From assembly GCA_000708835.1 (NCBI GenBank), contig DF237161.1, positions 79,391-143,390 of the forward strand: 64,000 bases of DNA, given 5' to 3'. The translations under genes and the position numbers were made by a program. Positions 23,101 to 35,600 of the stretch are shown in pieces (positions within the stretch are counted from its first letter, which is position 1; each line of letters starts with the position of its first letter). The notes beneath the pieces were generated by a model, which saw nothing but the letters and a program-made list of their open reading frames with translations, did not search any database and had not been told where the DNA came from. This DNA is from Klebsormidium nitens. Its lineage: Eukaryota; Plantae; Klebsormidiophyceae.

Positions 23101-26100
23101 GGGTCTTCGTGTTGCATCGTCTTTCTGTGAGGAACGTTGACTCCGAGTTTTCGAGTTGTGATGCTTCACCGTTTTCAGAGTTGTGCGCCCCAAGGCGCTT
23201 CGAAACGTGGACTGGAACTTAGATATATGGACAGGGAAGCACGAATTGTGGGAAGCCTTTCCAACAGAACGCTTCAAGGAAACGAGGATGAAAGAGTCCA
23301 GTTCACTTCCACGCCTTTCCGCTTTTCTTTTAGATGTTCCCGACAGCTTGTCCCCCATACTGGTGACATGATTTCTGCTTCCTTTTCAGGGCAAGATCAC
23401 GCACGAAGAGCTGCTGGGCACGTGCCTGCTGTTCACGTACGCTCTGGCCCCGTCGCGCACGTCCATCTTCGGGCTGTCCCTGCTGGCCAACCTGCCGCAC
23501 GAGCAGGACCGTGTTGCTAAGGAGGTGCGTACCACGCTGCCCGACGTCTTCGACGAGAAGACGGGCGAGTTCGACCCCAAGAAGGTGGACGTCTGGATGA
23601 CCGAGCTCGACGAGTGCGACAACCTCAAGCGGGCCGTCAGGTGAGGACTCAGTTGGGCATCGTTGGAGAAGAGTCTAGCGGACTGATGGGCTACCTCGTG
23701 CGGATTTGATGGGCTTGCGAGCAAATGTTTGAAGCAGAGTCATAGGGTACCCCATCAGATTCGATGTTGCGAAGTCCAGAGAAATCTGAGTGTACAGTTG
23801 GCGTGGGTTTCGCTGTTGTTGTTGGCTGCGTTTCGGACAGAACGAAAGTGATAGCTTGCTTGGTCACGAAGAGGAACTTAGTAGGACCTTCACGGGCGCC
23901 GCTTGGAATTAAGTGCAATCATTCTCGTCTCAACCTCGACGTTACTTTCCTACAGGGAGACGCTGCGGCTGTACCCCGGCGTGCCCATGTTCATTCCCCA
24001 GATGGCGGCGCGCGACGTGCAGATTGGCCCGTGGCAGATCCCCAAGGGCGCGCTCACCATGTCCATGCCCTTCCTCAGCCAGCGCGATGGCAAGGTGCAC
24101 CAGAACCCCGACCAGTGAGTCGACCCACTGGTTTCGAATCTGGTGCAACCCTGACTCTTGTTTGAAAGGTTTCGAGTCTGGAGACTCTGCCGCGATTTGG
24201 GCGCTCCTGGGCTGCAGAGTGCCGAAGCTTGTTTCCTCATGACCGAAAGAAGGTCCACCACGAACTTTTTGACCCTGATGCGATGCGCTACAGATGTACA
24301 CAGAACCGTTTGAGCTCGACATAACGCGAAGTCCGTTGCAGTCCTTGTAGGATCGAGCCGTCTGATAGCTGATTTTTTGATATCCAAGTTGCTCTGTGCT
24401 CGCTTTTGACGATCCCCCCCTTGCCCCCCGCAGATTCGACCCGACCCGCAACCTGGAGAAGGGCGCCCCCCTGCCGGACGGCACGCTGACCTACTTCCCG
24501 TTCGCCATGGGCCCCCGGTCGTGCCAGGGCCAGTTCTACGGGGAGCTGCTGGTGCGCGCCGCCATGGGCATCGCGCTGCGCGACCACGAGTTTGAGGCCA
24601 AGGGCCCGGTGCCGCCCCCGGCCATGCTGGGCTTCATCCACCCCATGACGCCCGCGTGGGCCAAGATCCAGCCCCCCCCGGTGGAGCAGAAGAAGAAGAC
24701 CGAGGTGGGACTACAGTTGACTGGATTCGCCTTCCTCATGTGCCTGGCAGCTGGCAAGGTTTTGTCCGCTTCTGTTAGGTCAACGGGGGGCAGCTACTGT
24801 GAGGATTCTCTTTCTTGTCGGTGCCTCTGCTTGTGTGGGTTGCAAGGTGTCCTTGCCAACGATTTGAAAGACAAGTGCACCTAAATATCTCATGCGCTAA
24901 AACTCTCGCTCATAAGCTTCAAATCACAGCAAGGGAAATTGTCTTGTTTACTACCGATCATGAGATGGACGGCAGGGGAGATCGTCGAAGTGCAGGCGGT
25001 AAAATCAGCTAGCTCTTCCATTGTTTCGGGATTTGCAGCCACCTCCTGTACTGATCATGTTCCTTTTCCCAATACAGGTTGCGAAAGCGGTCCCAGCTGC
25101 GGCGGGCAAGCCGCAGCTGTCGGCAATGAACTCAATCAAGGAGGTGCCCCGCTTGAGCAATGTGGACACCATCACGGTGCTGTACGCATCCACCCAGGGA
25201 ACGTCACGTGCCTTCGCAGACCGCCTGGCGAGGGGGCTCCAGGAGTCGGACCTGAGTGAGCTGGCGGACACCCCCGCCATCAAGGTAAGGGGTACGTGAG
25301 AGTCCACATCGTCGTCCCAAAGCCCGCCCTTTGCTTTGATTTGAACTTTAATATGCACTCTGCACGTGGACATGGTTCCAGGTCGCTTCCCCTATAGTTC
25401 AAACCCTTGATGAAGCTGCACGTTACCTTTGACAGGGTTTTCTGCTCGTTTTCGTTTTCCGTGGTCCAATCCCTGTCGCCCTCGTCCACTCATCACCGTT
25501 CAACGTGGAATTTCAATTTAGCGGTTTCCGGCCGTTCGGTGGAGAACCTCTTCCTTCGTCTTGCCTTGACCTCGTACAGAACTGCTTCTAAACGTGCACC
25601 GAATTCACCTGAAACAGAATCCTCTTTCTTTGTCTTGCCTTGAGCTCGTACAGAGCTGCTGCTATTCAACGTGCGCGGAACCTTACATCAACGAGAGTCC
25701 TCCTTTTGGCCCCCCCCAGGTGTTCGACGCGGCGGACTACTCGATGCAGCAGCTGACGCGCGAGTCGCTGGTCATCTTCGTGACGTCCACGTTCGGGCAC
25801 AACCAGCCGCCGTACTCGGGGTCCAACCTGAAGGCGTTCGTCAACAAGCCCGACACCAAGCTGCCCAACCTGGCGTACGCGGTGCTCGCGCTGGGCAACT
25901 CCGTGTACCCCAGCTTCTGCAGCTTCGGCAAGCTCTTCGACAAGCGCCTCGCGGAGGTCGGCGCGCAGCGACTGATGCCCGTCACCCTCTGCGATGAGGT
26001 GGGGGAGACGACCCTTCTCCGTGGAGATTACTGCAGCATGTCGAACAATCCCAGTTGGGTTAGCAGGAGAAGCTGACTTTATCGTGCAACCGTGAGCACG

Positions 26101-29100
26101 AGTAACGAAATAATGAACGGGATGATCCTTTCTCCTGGTCCGCTTGCATGCAAACCCACGAGCTTCAACAAGGCTTTTTCATCTTCCCTCACTTTTTACT
26201 GCCTCTCGATCCCGGTCGAGTCTACGCAAAAAAATAAGGAGAGGCTGGGACCGTCTATCTGTCTCTCAATGTCGATTGCTGCCTGTTGCAGATTGAGGGG
26301 CAGGAGGGCGCCTTCAACGCTTTCCTCGAGCAGATTGCGGACGTCCTGTACAGCGCACTTGGCGGCGGAGATGGCGCCCCGAGTGAGTCGCGGCTCTCTC
26401 TTAAACACGCTTGGCGCCTCGGATCGACACCCTGTCTTTCCAAAAGCAGCAAACGGTCCTTTTCAAAATCGAAATGAATGTCGCCCAAAGATTTCGAGCA
26501 TTGCTAAGTAGAAGAGCGTCCTCACGTCCCCGCCACTTCATCTGCGATAGCTTGTCTCTTCGAACACAGTACATCCGTAAATAAGCTGAAAGCACATCAA
26601 CTGAACACCGTTCTCGCCCCCGCCACTGACGTCACCCTTCTCCTCCCCCTGAAGCAGGCCCCGTCAGCGTGTTGCCGGTCACCCGGTCCTCCACGGGCAA
26701 GGGCAAGCCGCCGGCGGGTGCCCCCGCGGCCGGCCCGCCGATGGTGAAGAAGCACAAGAGCGCGGACCCCAAGAGGGTGGAGTCCGCGCAGCACCACAAG
26801 CGGTTCGAGCTAGTGGAGCTAGGCCGGGGACAGATCGCGCGCCAGCGCCCGGCGGGGCCCATCAAGGAGGGCGCGCCCAAGGGCACGCGCGACCACCCCG
26901 TGGAGCTGCAGGTGGGGGGGGGCTGGAAGTGTGACGTCAGCCTTAGACTACATTCCATTCTGATGCTTGGAAGCAACTGAGACAGGATTTCTCCCGCGAA
27001 GTAGATTCGGGCTGAAGCAACCGCACAGCCAGCACCGTTATGGTTGAAGCCAAGCAGCTCATACTTGAGAACGTGGTGTCGACCTGTCTGTTCAGTAACA
27101 CACGCCGTCGAGCTCTAAAAATTCAATGGATTACAGGATTTGAGTACGAATTGGCGTCGCGTCAGATGCAAGTCTGTAGGCTAGGCTAAACGCAACAGTC
27201 ACTGAGCAGGGTTTTAACCAAGTAGGAAGTTGGTTTAACTAACCCTTCCGACTTCAGCAGGATTACTTTCTTCCAAAGCAGAGTCCGTGCTCTAATGGCC
27301 GGACTGGCCTTCCGGGCCGCTTCGTGTGTGAACCGTCCTTGCCATCCTTGCAGGTGATCGCCAACCGTTGCCTGCGCCCGTACACCAGCCTGGCGCAGAT
27401 TCGCAACGTCGTCGTGCGGACCCCCTCCGATGGCTCCCTCACGTACCAGCCCGGGGACCTTCTCGGAGTCTACCCTGGTATGTCGGCGGATGGACTCGAT
27501 TCATTCTCGCTTCTTCTTGGGTTCCCTGGAGCAGAGGATGCTTTCTCATGCGATCCCTAAGTAATCGTGGACAAGTGCCAGCCGTGCTGTCACAAGCAAG
27601 CAATACGTTCAAAGTCATTGCCCTGACCTCACTGCGGACTGCAGCTGGTTCTTGACAAAGAGAACGCCCCACGAGAGAGCTGCCCTACCTCTTGCCGAGG
27701 CGTTCGAACCTCCGAAACAGTTGTTCAGCATGAACGATCAGTCGTTTCTCTCCAGACGGAACCAGCGGAAGCTGCGCCGTATTTTGACTGCTTTTCTTGC
27801 GTGCAGTGAACCGGTTGGACCTGGTGACGTCCTTGTCGGAGCGGCTGGGCATCACGGACCTGGACACGGAGTTTGAGCTGCGCCCGCTGCGCGGCAAGGA
27901 CCAGCTGGCGTCACCGCTGCCCGACAAGATGACGTACTGGCTCGCGCTGACGTCATACCTGGCCATCCAGCGCGTGCCGCAGCCGCAGCTACTCAAGGTC
28001 CTGCAGCAGTACACCACCGACCCCGAAGAGGTACGCGCGCGCACTGGCGCCAGCGAGCATGTTGTCATCTATCTGGCGGCTAGAGAGACGGCGTTTCGGA
28101 AATGGTTGCGAACTTGCGGCCTCTGTTGACGTTCTCGACCCGAGTCGGCCTTACCAAACCGTACACAAATGCAAAGGCTGGAGTTTTTGAAATACCGAAG
28201 GACTTCGACAATTTGCCTTGGACCGGCTACCAGATTATTTTCGTCTACTGGGCTCGCTCGACAGCGAGTAGGCGAGCCGCTCGTTGCCTTGTTTGTATCG
28301 GCACCTATCGACGAATAAGCCAGGACGACTTTGCAACTCTGAGACGCCACAAGAGCAAACCACGCTCTGGTGCTGCCGCGGCCCTCGCGTAAAGTGAACC
28401 TTAACGAATGAAAGCGTTCGACCCGCATGTGACCCCCGCTCTACGGCGTGACGTGTGCAGGCGAGCTGGCTGGGCCAGCTGGGCGCGGGCGGCCCCAAGT
28501 ACACCGAATTTGCGATGGGCAGCCACAGTCTGCTGGAGACACTGTACCGCGTGCCATCGTGCAAGCCGGACGTGGCGCACTTGTTCGAGACGCTGCCGCA
28601 CCTGCAGCCGCGCATGTACTCCATCTCGTCCTCGCCGCTCTACCACCGCGGCCAGGCGCACCTCACCATTGCCGAGGTGGGCGCCCACAGCGGGTTCTCG
28701 GCTCCTGCATTTTATTCCTTCGAATGTTTTACTCTGTTCATCAAGTCTGGTTGTCTGTGGGTGATTCGATTTCTGCAGAAATCTGCAGTCGATGACGAGC
28801 GGGGCTGCGCACAGCGGTATCCACAGTGAAAGCAGACTGCATTCCAGCAGAGAATGGCACCAGGGCTGCTCACCGCGGTATCCAGGGTTTCGGTAGAGAC
28901 ACCATTGAAGCAAAGAAGGCCGCGCCAAAATGGCACAGCCCTTACTTTGTTCTCTGTCCCCCTGCCGCAGCTGATCTACCAGTCGCACGACGCCAGCTGG
29001 AAGCGCGGCGTGTGCAGCACGTTCCTGGGCACGGACATCATGATTCCGTCATCCATGGCGGACCCCAACTGCCGCCTGCTGGGCTACGTCATGCCCAACC

Positions 29101-30848
29101 CCGGCTTCCACCTGCCCGAGAGCGCGAGCACGCCCATCGTCATGATCGGCATCGGGTCCGGCATCGCGCCATTCCGCGGATTCTGGCAGCACCGCCTCGC
29201 GATGCTCAAGGTGAGGACGTGTGCACAGCTTTGAGGGAATGCCGGTAATTGAACTCATCTATTGGTTCAAATGTTTGAAGAGCTCCATGAACGGACTGGC
29301 GGACTGGCGCCCAAACCTGTAAATACTTTCTTGCAACGGATTGTCGCAGCCTGTAAAGATCTTTTCATAACCTCGGTAGTTGTTCTTTTAACCTCGTCCT
29401 CGTACAGGTTGCAGGCAGCTTTATGCGGAACGTTCTAGCTGCCTGAAAGTTGGGAAGGTCACGAGCATTTCCCAACATGGCCGAGAGACTGTGAGGCTGA
29501 TTTTTACGCCTTCCCCTTGCAGGACTCCAAGAACACGACCCAGCTGGGCGACGCTCTGCTGTACGCGGGCTTCCAGAGCAAGGTCAACTCGTGCTACCTG
29601 GACGAGCTGGAGCAGGCGCAGAAGGAAGGCGCACTCTCCAAGGTCAGCTCCGCCAGCCTGGATCGCGGCGACTCTCGTCGTTTCTAAACTGGCCTTGCTG
29701 GTCCTGATTAATACCATTGAAAATCGGAAGAGTGCTCCTGTCGTACAGAAACGATGACCCATCCCTCTGAAAGCTAGAAAAGTGTTTTTATCAATACTCA
29801 AACACTTTTTATCAATACTCAAACAAATACCCATGTCACGCATGTGCCTTCCATAGAGACGGAGTGACATCTCTCTCATTGTTCCTTTCAAGCGGCACCA
29901 GCATCTCAACTCTTGTAGACGATCCTGCATTTACGCTCCGTGGGCGCCTTCGCCGGGCCACTTTGGCGTCGGAAGCACCTGGGCATGGGCCTCGAAAGCC
30001 CAGTCCAAAGTCGTCTCAGCTAAACTGCGGCAATCTCAGCTACACCTCAAAGAAGTTCACAATCTGACTCTCTTCTCGGCCTCTTCGTACGCAGGCGCGC
30101 GTGGTGTACAGCCGCGAGGGCGAGCGCAAGTACGTGACGCACGCGCTGACGGAGGACCGCTGGTCGCTGTGGCACGAGTACCTGAGCCAGGGGGCCGTCG
30201 TCTATGTGTGCGGCACCATTAACGCCGCCAACGACGTGCGCGAAACCATCCTGGGAGTCATGAAAGAGGTGAGGCTTCCTGCGCTTACTCGGATTATCTG
30301 ATGTGCTGGTGAGAGCTTCCCAGAAGCGAAAGCCATCGACGATTTCGGAAACAGGAGTCATCTTCAAGAGGCGGGAACCGGTGCGAGGGTCCAATGCCTG
30401 GAATGCGGTTCCCAGCCATCAAGAAACGCATCGATGAAATGCAAGCCTTTGGGACAGGAAAAAGGATTGGGACAACACTTTTTTATTCTTCTCTGTGTGC
30501 ACGCTGCCTCAAGCTCTACTTCAACTGTTTGCAAGAACCACTCGTTACTGCTTGGATCTGTGCGCACTTTTCGAGAGAAAGGGGAACATCTGTTTGTTGC
30601 AACGTCCTCTATTCCCGCATGATGTTTGGAGATTCAACGGCACAGTATGAGCCTCTGATTAGCCTCTCAAGTCTCTCATAGATTCTCCTTGCCCTTGCTC
30701 GCAGGCTGGCGGCATGTCGGAGGAAGATGCTGAGGCGTGGCTGGAGAGCGCTCGCGACCGCGACCAGTACAAGGAGGACGTCTTCGGAGAGAGCACGGCG
30801 TCGTACTCCAAGACGCGGATGCAGGCCCGCCTCCGCTCAGCCAAGTGA
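20192..30848 (+). CDS. Self-sufficient cytochrome P450 - diflavin (FMN/FAD/NADPH) reductase fusion, NOS-type reductase, ~1267 aa
   Basis: 19 phase-consistent exons: 20192-20332, 20717-21008, 21480-21600, 22141-22387, 22773-23021, 23390-23640, 23956-24114, 24434-24704, 25078-25284, 25720-25998, 26292-26382, ~26658-26911 (NAGNAG acceptor), 27354-27477, 27807-28030, 28461-28676, 28971-29210, 29523-29642, 30095-30268, 30705-30848 (sum 3804 nt). P450 motifs: ETLR (ExxR), FDPTR and FAMGPRSCQG heme-Cys. Reductase motifs: LYASTQG, VTSTFG, LGNSVYPSFCSFG, PRMYSISSS, GVCSTFL, GIGSGIAPF, SR..RKYV, VYVCG, EDVFG. Confidence 0.92.
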
Positions 30849-32644
30849 GCTCAAATAAGACCAAACTTGCCAAATCATTGAGACTTCTTGGCCGACGTGG
30901 TCGACCGACTGGCTTCGCCCAATTGGACGGACTCGTCGTGGAATCAGGTGTATTGTCGGGAATCTCTTCTCGCTATGAAAAGATATTGTTGTGATTCCCA
31001 AGGTGCATGCTTGGCCTCGCTCTCGAATCTTTTAGCGGCAGCTTTCTGACTTCGACTTGATGACTCCGCAACAGGGTGAAGCTGCGCTCCTCCTTCCACT
31101 TCCTGGGCGCCAAGGGGATTGCCAAGATCCTGGAGAGCGCCCCGCCAATGTAGACGCACCACCTCGACAAAGAGGTCTGGGGAAGTGCGTCCGTCATTTC
31201 GCGAAGCAAGCTGGTCCTAAGGCATTAGGAGCTTGATAGAAAGTGCTGGCCGTCGCAAGCAGTGGGTTTAGAGCAAAGGTCTAATGGACATATGGATGCG
31301 TCACGAGCATTTTGCAGCCAAAATCAATCCCGGTGGAAGAGGATTGATAGCTCGCTTACGCGCCCCTAGGTAGATGTACTCGGCTCAGTAGTTGCGTAGC
31401 ACAGTCGGTGCCATACTGGTATTTTCCCGTACATCATTGATGTGGCAAACAAGACCAAGTTTTTAACGTGTCCCAAGTAGCCGTTCATCTGGCAGGATTA
31501 GTCATAGCGCCTCTAATTTAGCATATGTTGAACCACATACTCAAGGTTAGATCAACAAGTCGTGCCATTGTGCATAACACCGCTAACCACTGAACCAAGG
31601 ACTCCATATTGGAGACAAAAACTCCGCGTTTGAGTTAAAGGCTTTGTTTATACGAACCGAGTGCACGAAAGGTCAGTGAGTGATGGTGTTGTCGCATCCC
31701 TTCTGTATTGTCATTGAACGAAGTGACTGCAAACCATCGCATCAATTTTGTGAGTTAAGGAGATTAGGGAGCTTCTCGCGTCCTACCGATAGTACGTTAC
31801 CAAGAAATATGTGTTGGTTCACCGATCAAATTGATTTCTCGAGAATCGAATAAACATTTGGAACTCGAGATCGGGCTAAATTATAGTAGTAAAGCCAAAG
31901 CTCGGCTGAACGGCTGCATGGGACTCCGTGATCAATCGGTGCTGCGGACGTGCTTCAGCATGGCGATCTCACCATATGCATGCTTTATCATACGTACCCT
32001 TCACATGTGTGCTTATCTTCATTTACTATCTACTATAGGTACATTCGCTCGAGTTGCCCTGCATAACGCACCTAACTATATCGCGCATATGGCAGTTCTG
32101 CCTTGTCTTTTGGCATATGTCGGTCAGGATTCCCCTAGCTATAAGAATTCTATATCCTCTGTCGGAACACTTATGTGAATGATAATGTTGTGTAGCATGC
32201 ATGTACAATCCAACCCACATGCCACTTTCATGGACGCTTTTCGGATGTTCACGCTGGTCTGTGATCAGCGTGAATTCTGAGAGATCTAACACTCGAGGCG
32301 CACTGCAAGATCGACATGTCATGCTTGTCAGATCAATGATAGATGAACAATGAACGTTGTTGTTGCTGTCAAGCGAAGCTATCCATGCTGGAAAATTTAC
32401 ATGATCAGAATAACAGTGGCATGGGCAGCGCCCTACTTAATAAGAACAAGAGGTTAAGGTGAAGGGTTATGGGACACTTGAAGCACTTCCATCACGCCCT
32501 GGCAAATGAACGGAGGAAGCAAGCTGTCGCATTCGGCAGGCTCATTTCAAACAGGCTCCTCGACGTTTTCTATGACATGTCCGCTAATGCGAATCAGGCC
32601 ACGAGGTGGCAACCGTCATGAACGGAACGTCTCTGCTTCCATCA

Positions 32645-35600
32645 TCAATCTTGATGCTCCGACTTGATCCCGGTTGGGTCGGGCAGCCACTTCTGGCAGT
32701 TCTTCGCCCCGCACCTGCACTCTATGTGGCCGTCCGTACTCCCGGGGCTCGCTTGCACGGGATCTCCGTACTTGTAATCATAGGCGAGCTCCGTCCCAGC
32801 CACGATGTCCTTGATAGCGTATAGGGCCAGAAGGGGCTTCCCAGGGTGGAGGGTGTCCGTGTAGACGCTGTATATAGCCAGGTTGGGGTCGCAACTGCAC
32901 GCAAGAGGGGCAAAGCCAAAGCTTTGCTCAGGAATCTACTTCGTCTTTCATCGTTGAATACTGAAAGCCGTTACGTAAACCAGCGCACCCGCTGGCGTTC
33001 GCAGGGTGGGTCAGCGGGCTGTAGCATCAAGCGAAAGCGTTCACTCTGGCCCACGGAGATCAGCTGTTTCTGATCATGGATCTTAGACCGTGAGGGCCTG
33101 ATCTGGAAAAGAACCGATGTGACTGGCTTTTGAGTCGGTGCATCAGACATAACCCGGTACTTCCGTTGTCAACTCTAGAAGCCTCGCAGCTTGACAACGC
33201 AAAAAAAGAGCGAGGACTCTTGTTGCCTGTCCCTACCAAAGACCCGGCCGCTCGACGCCACGAAAGCCTTTTCGTGACATAAAGCCCCACAGACGCCGGT
33301 GTCAAAGCACGACATCTGCGTCTCAGACATGGCGCCTAGCAGAATGGAGCCCAAACGTCTCCTCGAGTCTGGGCGCGGTTTCCGGATGCAAGCGAGCAGG
33401 AGTGTCGCCAAACTGCACACAGAGACGGGCTGCGCGCGCGCACCTGTGGTTGATGTAGCGGATGATGCTGGAGGCGGGCCCCCCGTCCACGACGTACACC
33501 TCGTCCTGCTGCTCCGCGCTGCGCACGTGGTGGTCCATGTTGAACAGGTACCTGCACGGGCGACACGGCAGCTCAGTTGTAGAGCTAGAGAGTCGCCTCA
33601 GAAAGCGCCTTTTTGAGCAGCCTTTCACTCCGAAGTATAGCTGTTGCTCATTCGTTACAGACGCTTTCCACTTTGGGGAGCAGCTGACTAGTCATCTGAG
33701 CTTCGGCGTCTTACACCTTCACTGCAAGCCGCAATAACTCTGTCCAGCTTGGATCAATAGTAAGTAGACGGAGGGCTGTCTGACCGGAGCGCTGCGGAGG
33801 CACGTTGGAAGTAAGAGGCTGCGTCGACCTCGATGTGTCAGAATGAAGTTTGACTCACACGCTGTTCCGCTTGTTCGCCTCTTCGCTTGTGATCACCTCC
33901 CCCACGTACTGTCCGATCAGCCGACCCCTGCAAGAGAATTGTGGCCCTCAGAAAATGTCGGAAAGCCGAGAGAATTGGCCACCATTCAGCCTGGTGTGTC
34001 GGCTGTGCGCAGTTTTATGGAGCACACGCCTGCAGATGCAAGGGATGTACGATGCGATATCGCGGATTGTCGACGCACTGGATCAATGCGAAGCGAATAA
34101 TGAGCCTGGACTGGGCATCGATATCTTTCAAGCTTGGCCAACGGAGCGATTACTGCGCTTCCGGTTTGCGGGCCCTCTTTTGAATAGCGTGCAATAATGC
34201 AAAACCATCTAAGAGCAACGCAATCCAAGTGGTCAGCAGCCCTCCGGTCTCATTCCGCTCACCGCTGGATATCTTCCCGCGTCCGGACGCCGAAGCCGCG
34301 TCCGTTGTCCGTCTTGAACAGCTCCAGGTGGACGGACGCGCCCCGCTGGAGGGTGGAGTTGGGGCAGCCGGGCCAGCACGGGCACCGCGGGTTGCACTCG
34401 ATGATGGTGGGGTGCAGCTCCGGCGGGAGCTGCGCAGACAACAAAAGAAGGCCTTTCAGCACAAGTCGTCGTTGTTTCTTCCCCGCACCGACCATTCGCT
34501 GCATTGAATCTTATGTGGGGTGCAGCTCGAGAGGAAGGGTCAGGCAGAAAGAGAGCCTTCCTTGACCAAAAACCCCGTCCGTCCTTCACCTCCGCTTCAG
34601 AGTTTTCAAGGTCGCCGTTTCACACGGGGACTTCTTTGTAGCACCAATCAGTATTCAGCACGCGCTCGCTGACGATTGGACTGGAGAAAGCTTTGAGGTG
34701 ATTGCCAATTCCTCACAGTCGAAATAAGTTAGACCGCTGGCATCCTCCCTCCATCAAGGAAAGAATTTGATGCGCTCAATGCTTTCTCACGGCCGACATG
34801 TTGTGAAGATGGAGTGAAGGAAAGACAGAATTGGATGAATGACGTCGAAACTGCGCACCGAATTTAACTAGGTAGCCGAGACAGGCCCTCGAAGAAAGCA
34901 CTCCCAAGGGTTGAAAAGTGTGGTCCGATGCAAGAAGAAGATATCAAAAGACCGAACAATAGCAGGACCGGGAAAGAACACAGGAAGCAAGGCCGCGATG
35001 CCGGCACGCCCTCACCAGCAGCAGCCGGTTCTCGTCGTAGAACAGCCGGCCGCGCATCCGCTCGCGTTGCCAATCAAACCTCTGGTCGTCCTCCGCGGTG
35101 CGCAGCGCGTACCCCTCAAACGCCTCCAGGTCCCGGACGTGCTGGTTCAGCGGCGAGTCCGGATGGTCCGCACCGTCCGGGCAGCAGCCGGAGCAGCCGT
35201 CGGCCGGAGCGAAGCGCTCGTGGAAGTCGGCCAGGTCTGGGTGCAGCCTGGCCAAATTCGACAATAAATTGAGTTGGTGCGGGGTGATCGATCCGGGCAC
35301 TGACTCCTTGGGAGTGTGTCCAAAAGCTGTTTTAGATCGGGGTTCAGAATCACATTTATCTGTTCCGCTCTTCGTTCCCTTCTGAGTCGTTTTCGTAGCT
35401 TCAAAGCTGTGCCGTGCGCCTAGACAGACCAGGCGAAAAGCGAGAGCTTCTGACGGGGAGTCCACCAGTGGTCAAATGAAAGGTACTCTACTCCCTCTCA
35501 GGAACCCGAACGCGCAAAAGATAGTCCGAGCACTTGACGATGTGACGTCACTTGATCCTCCAGAAGCTCGAGTGGCCATCACAGGAACGGAATGCTGGTG

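Noticed and set aside
20192-30848. Calling the fusion gene a nitric oxide synthase
   Set aside because: There is no NOS oxygenase domain. The N-terminal half has P450 signatures (ExxR, FxxGxRxCxG).
31200-32400. Helitron or other element between the convergent P450 and SET genes
   Set aside because: AT-rich, but I found no terminal hairpin with CTRR end, TIR or target-site duplication.
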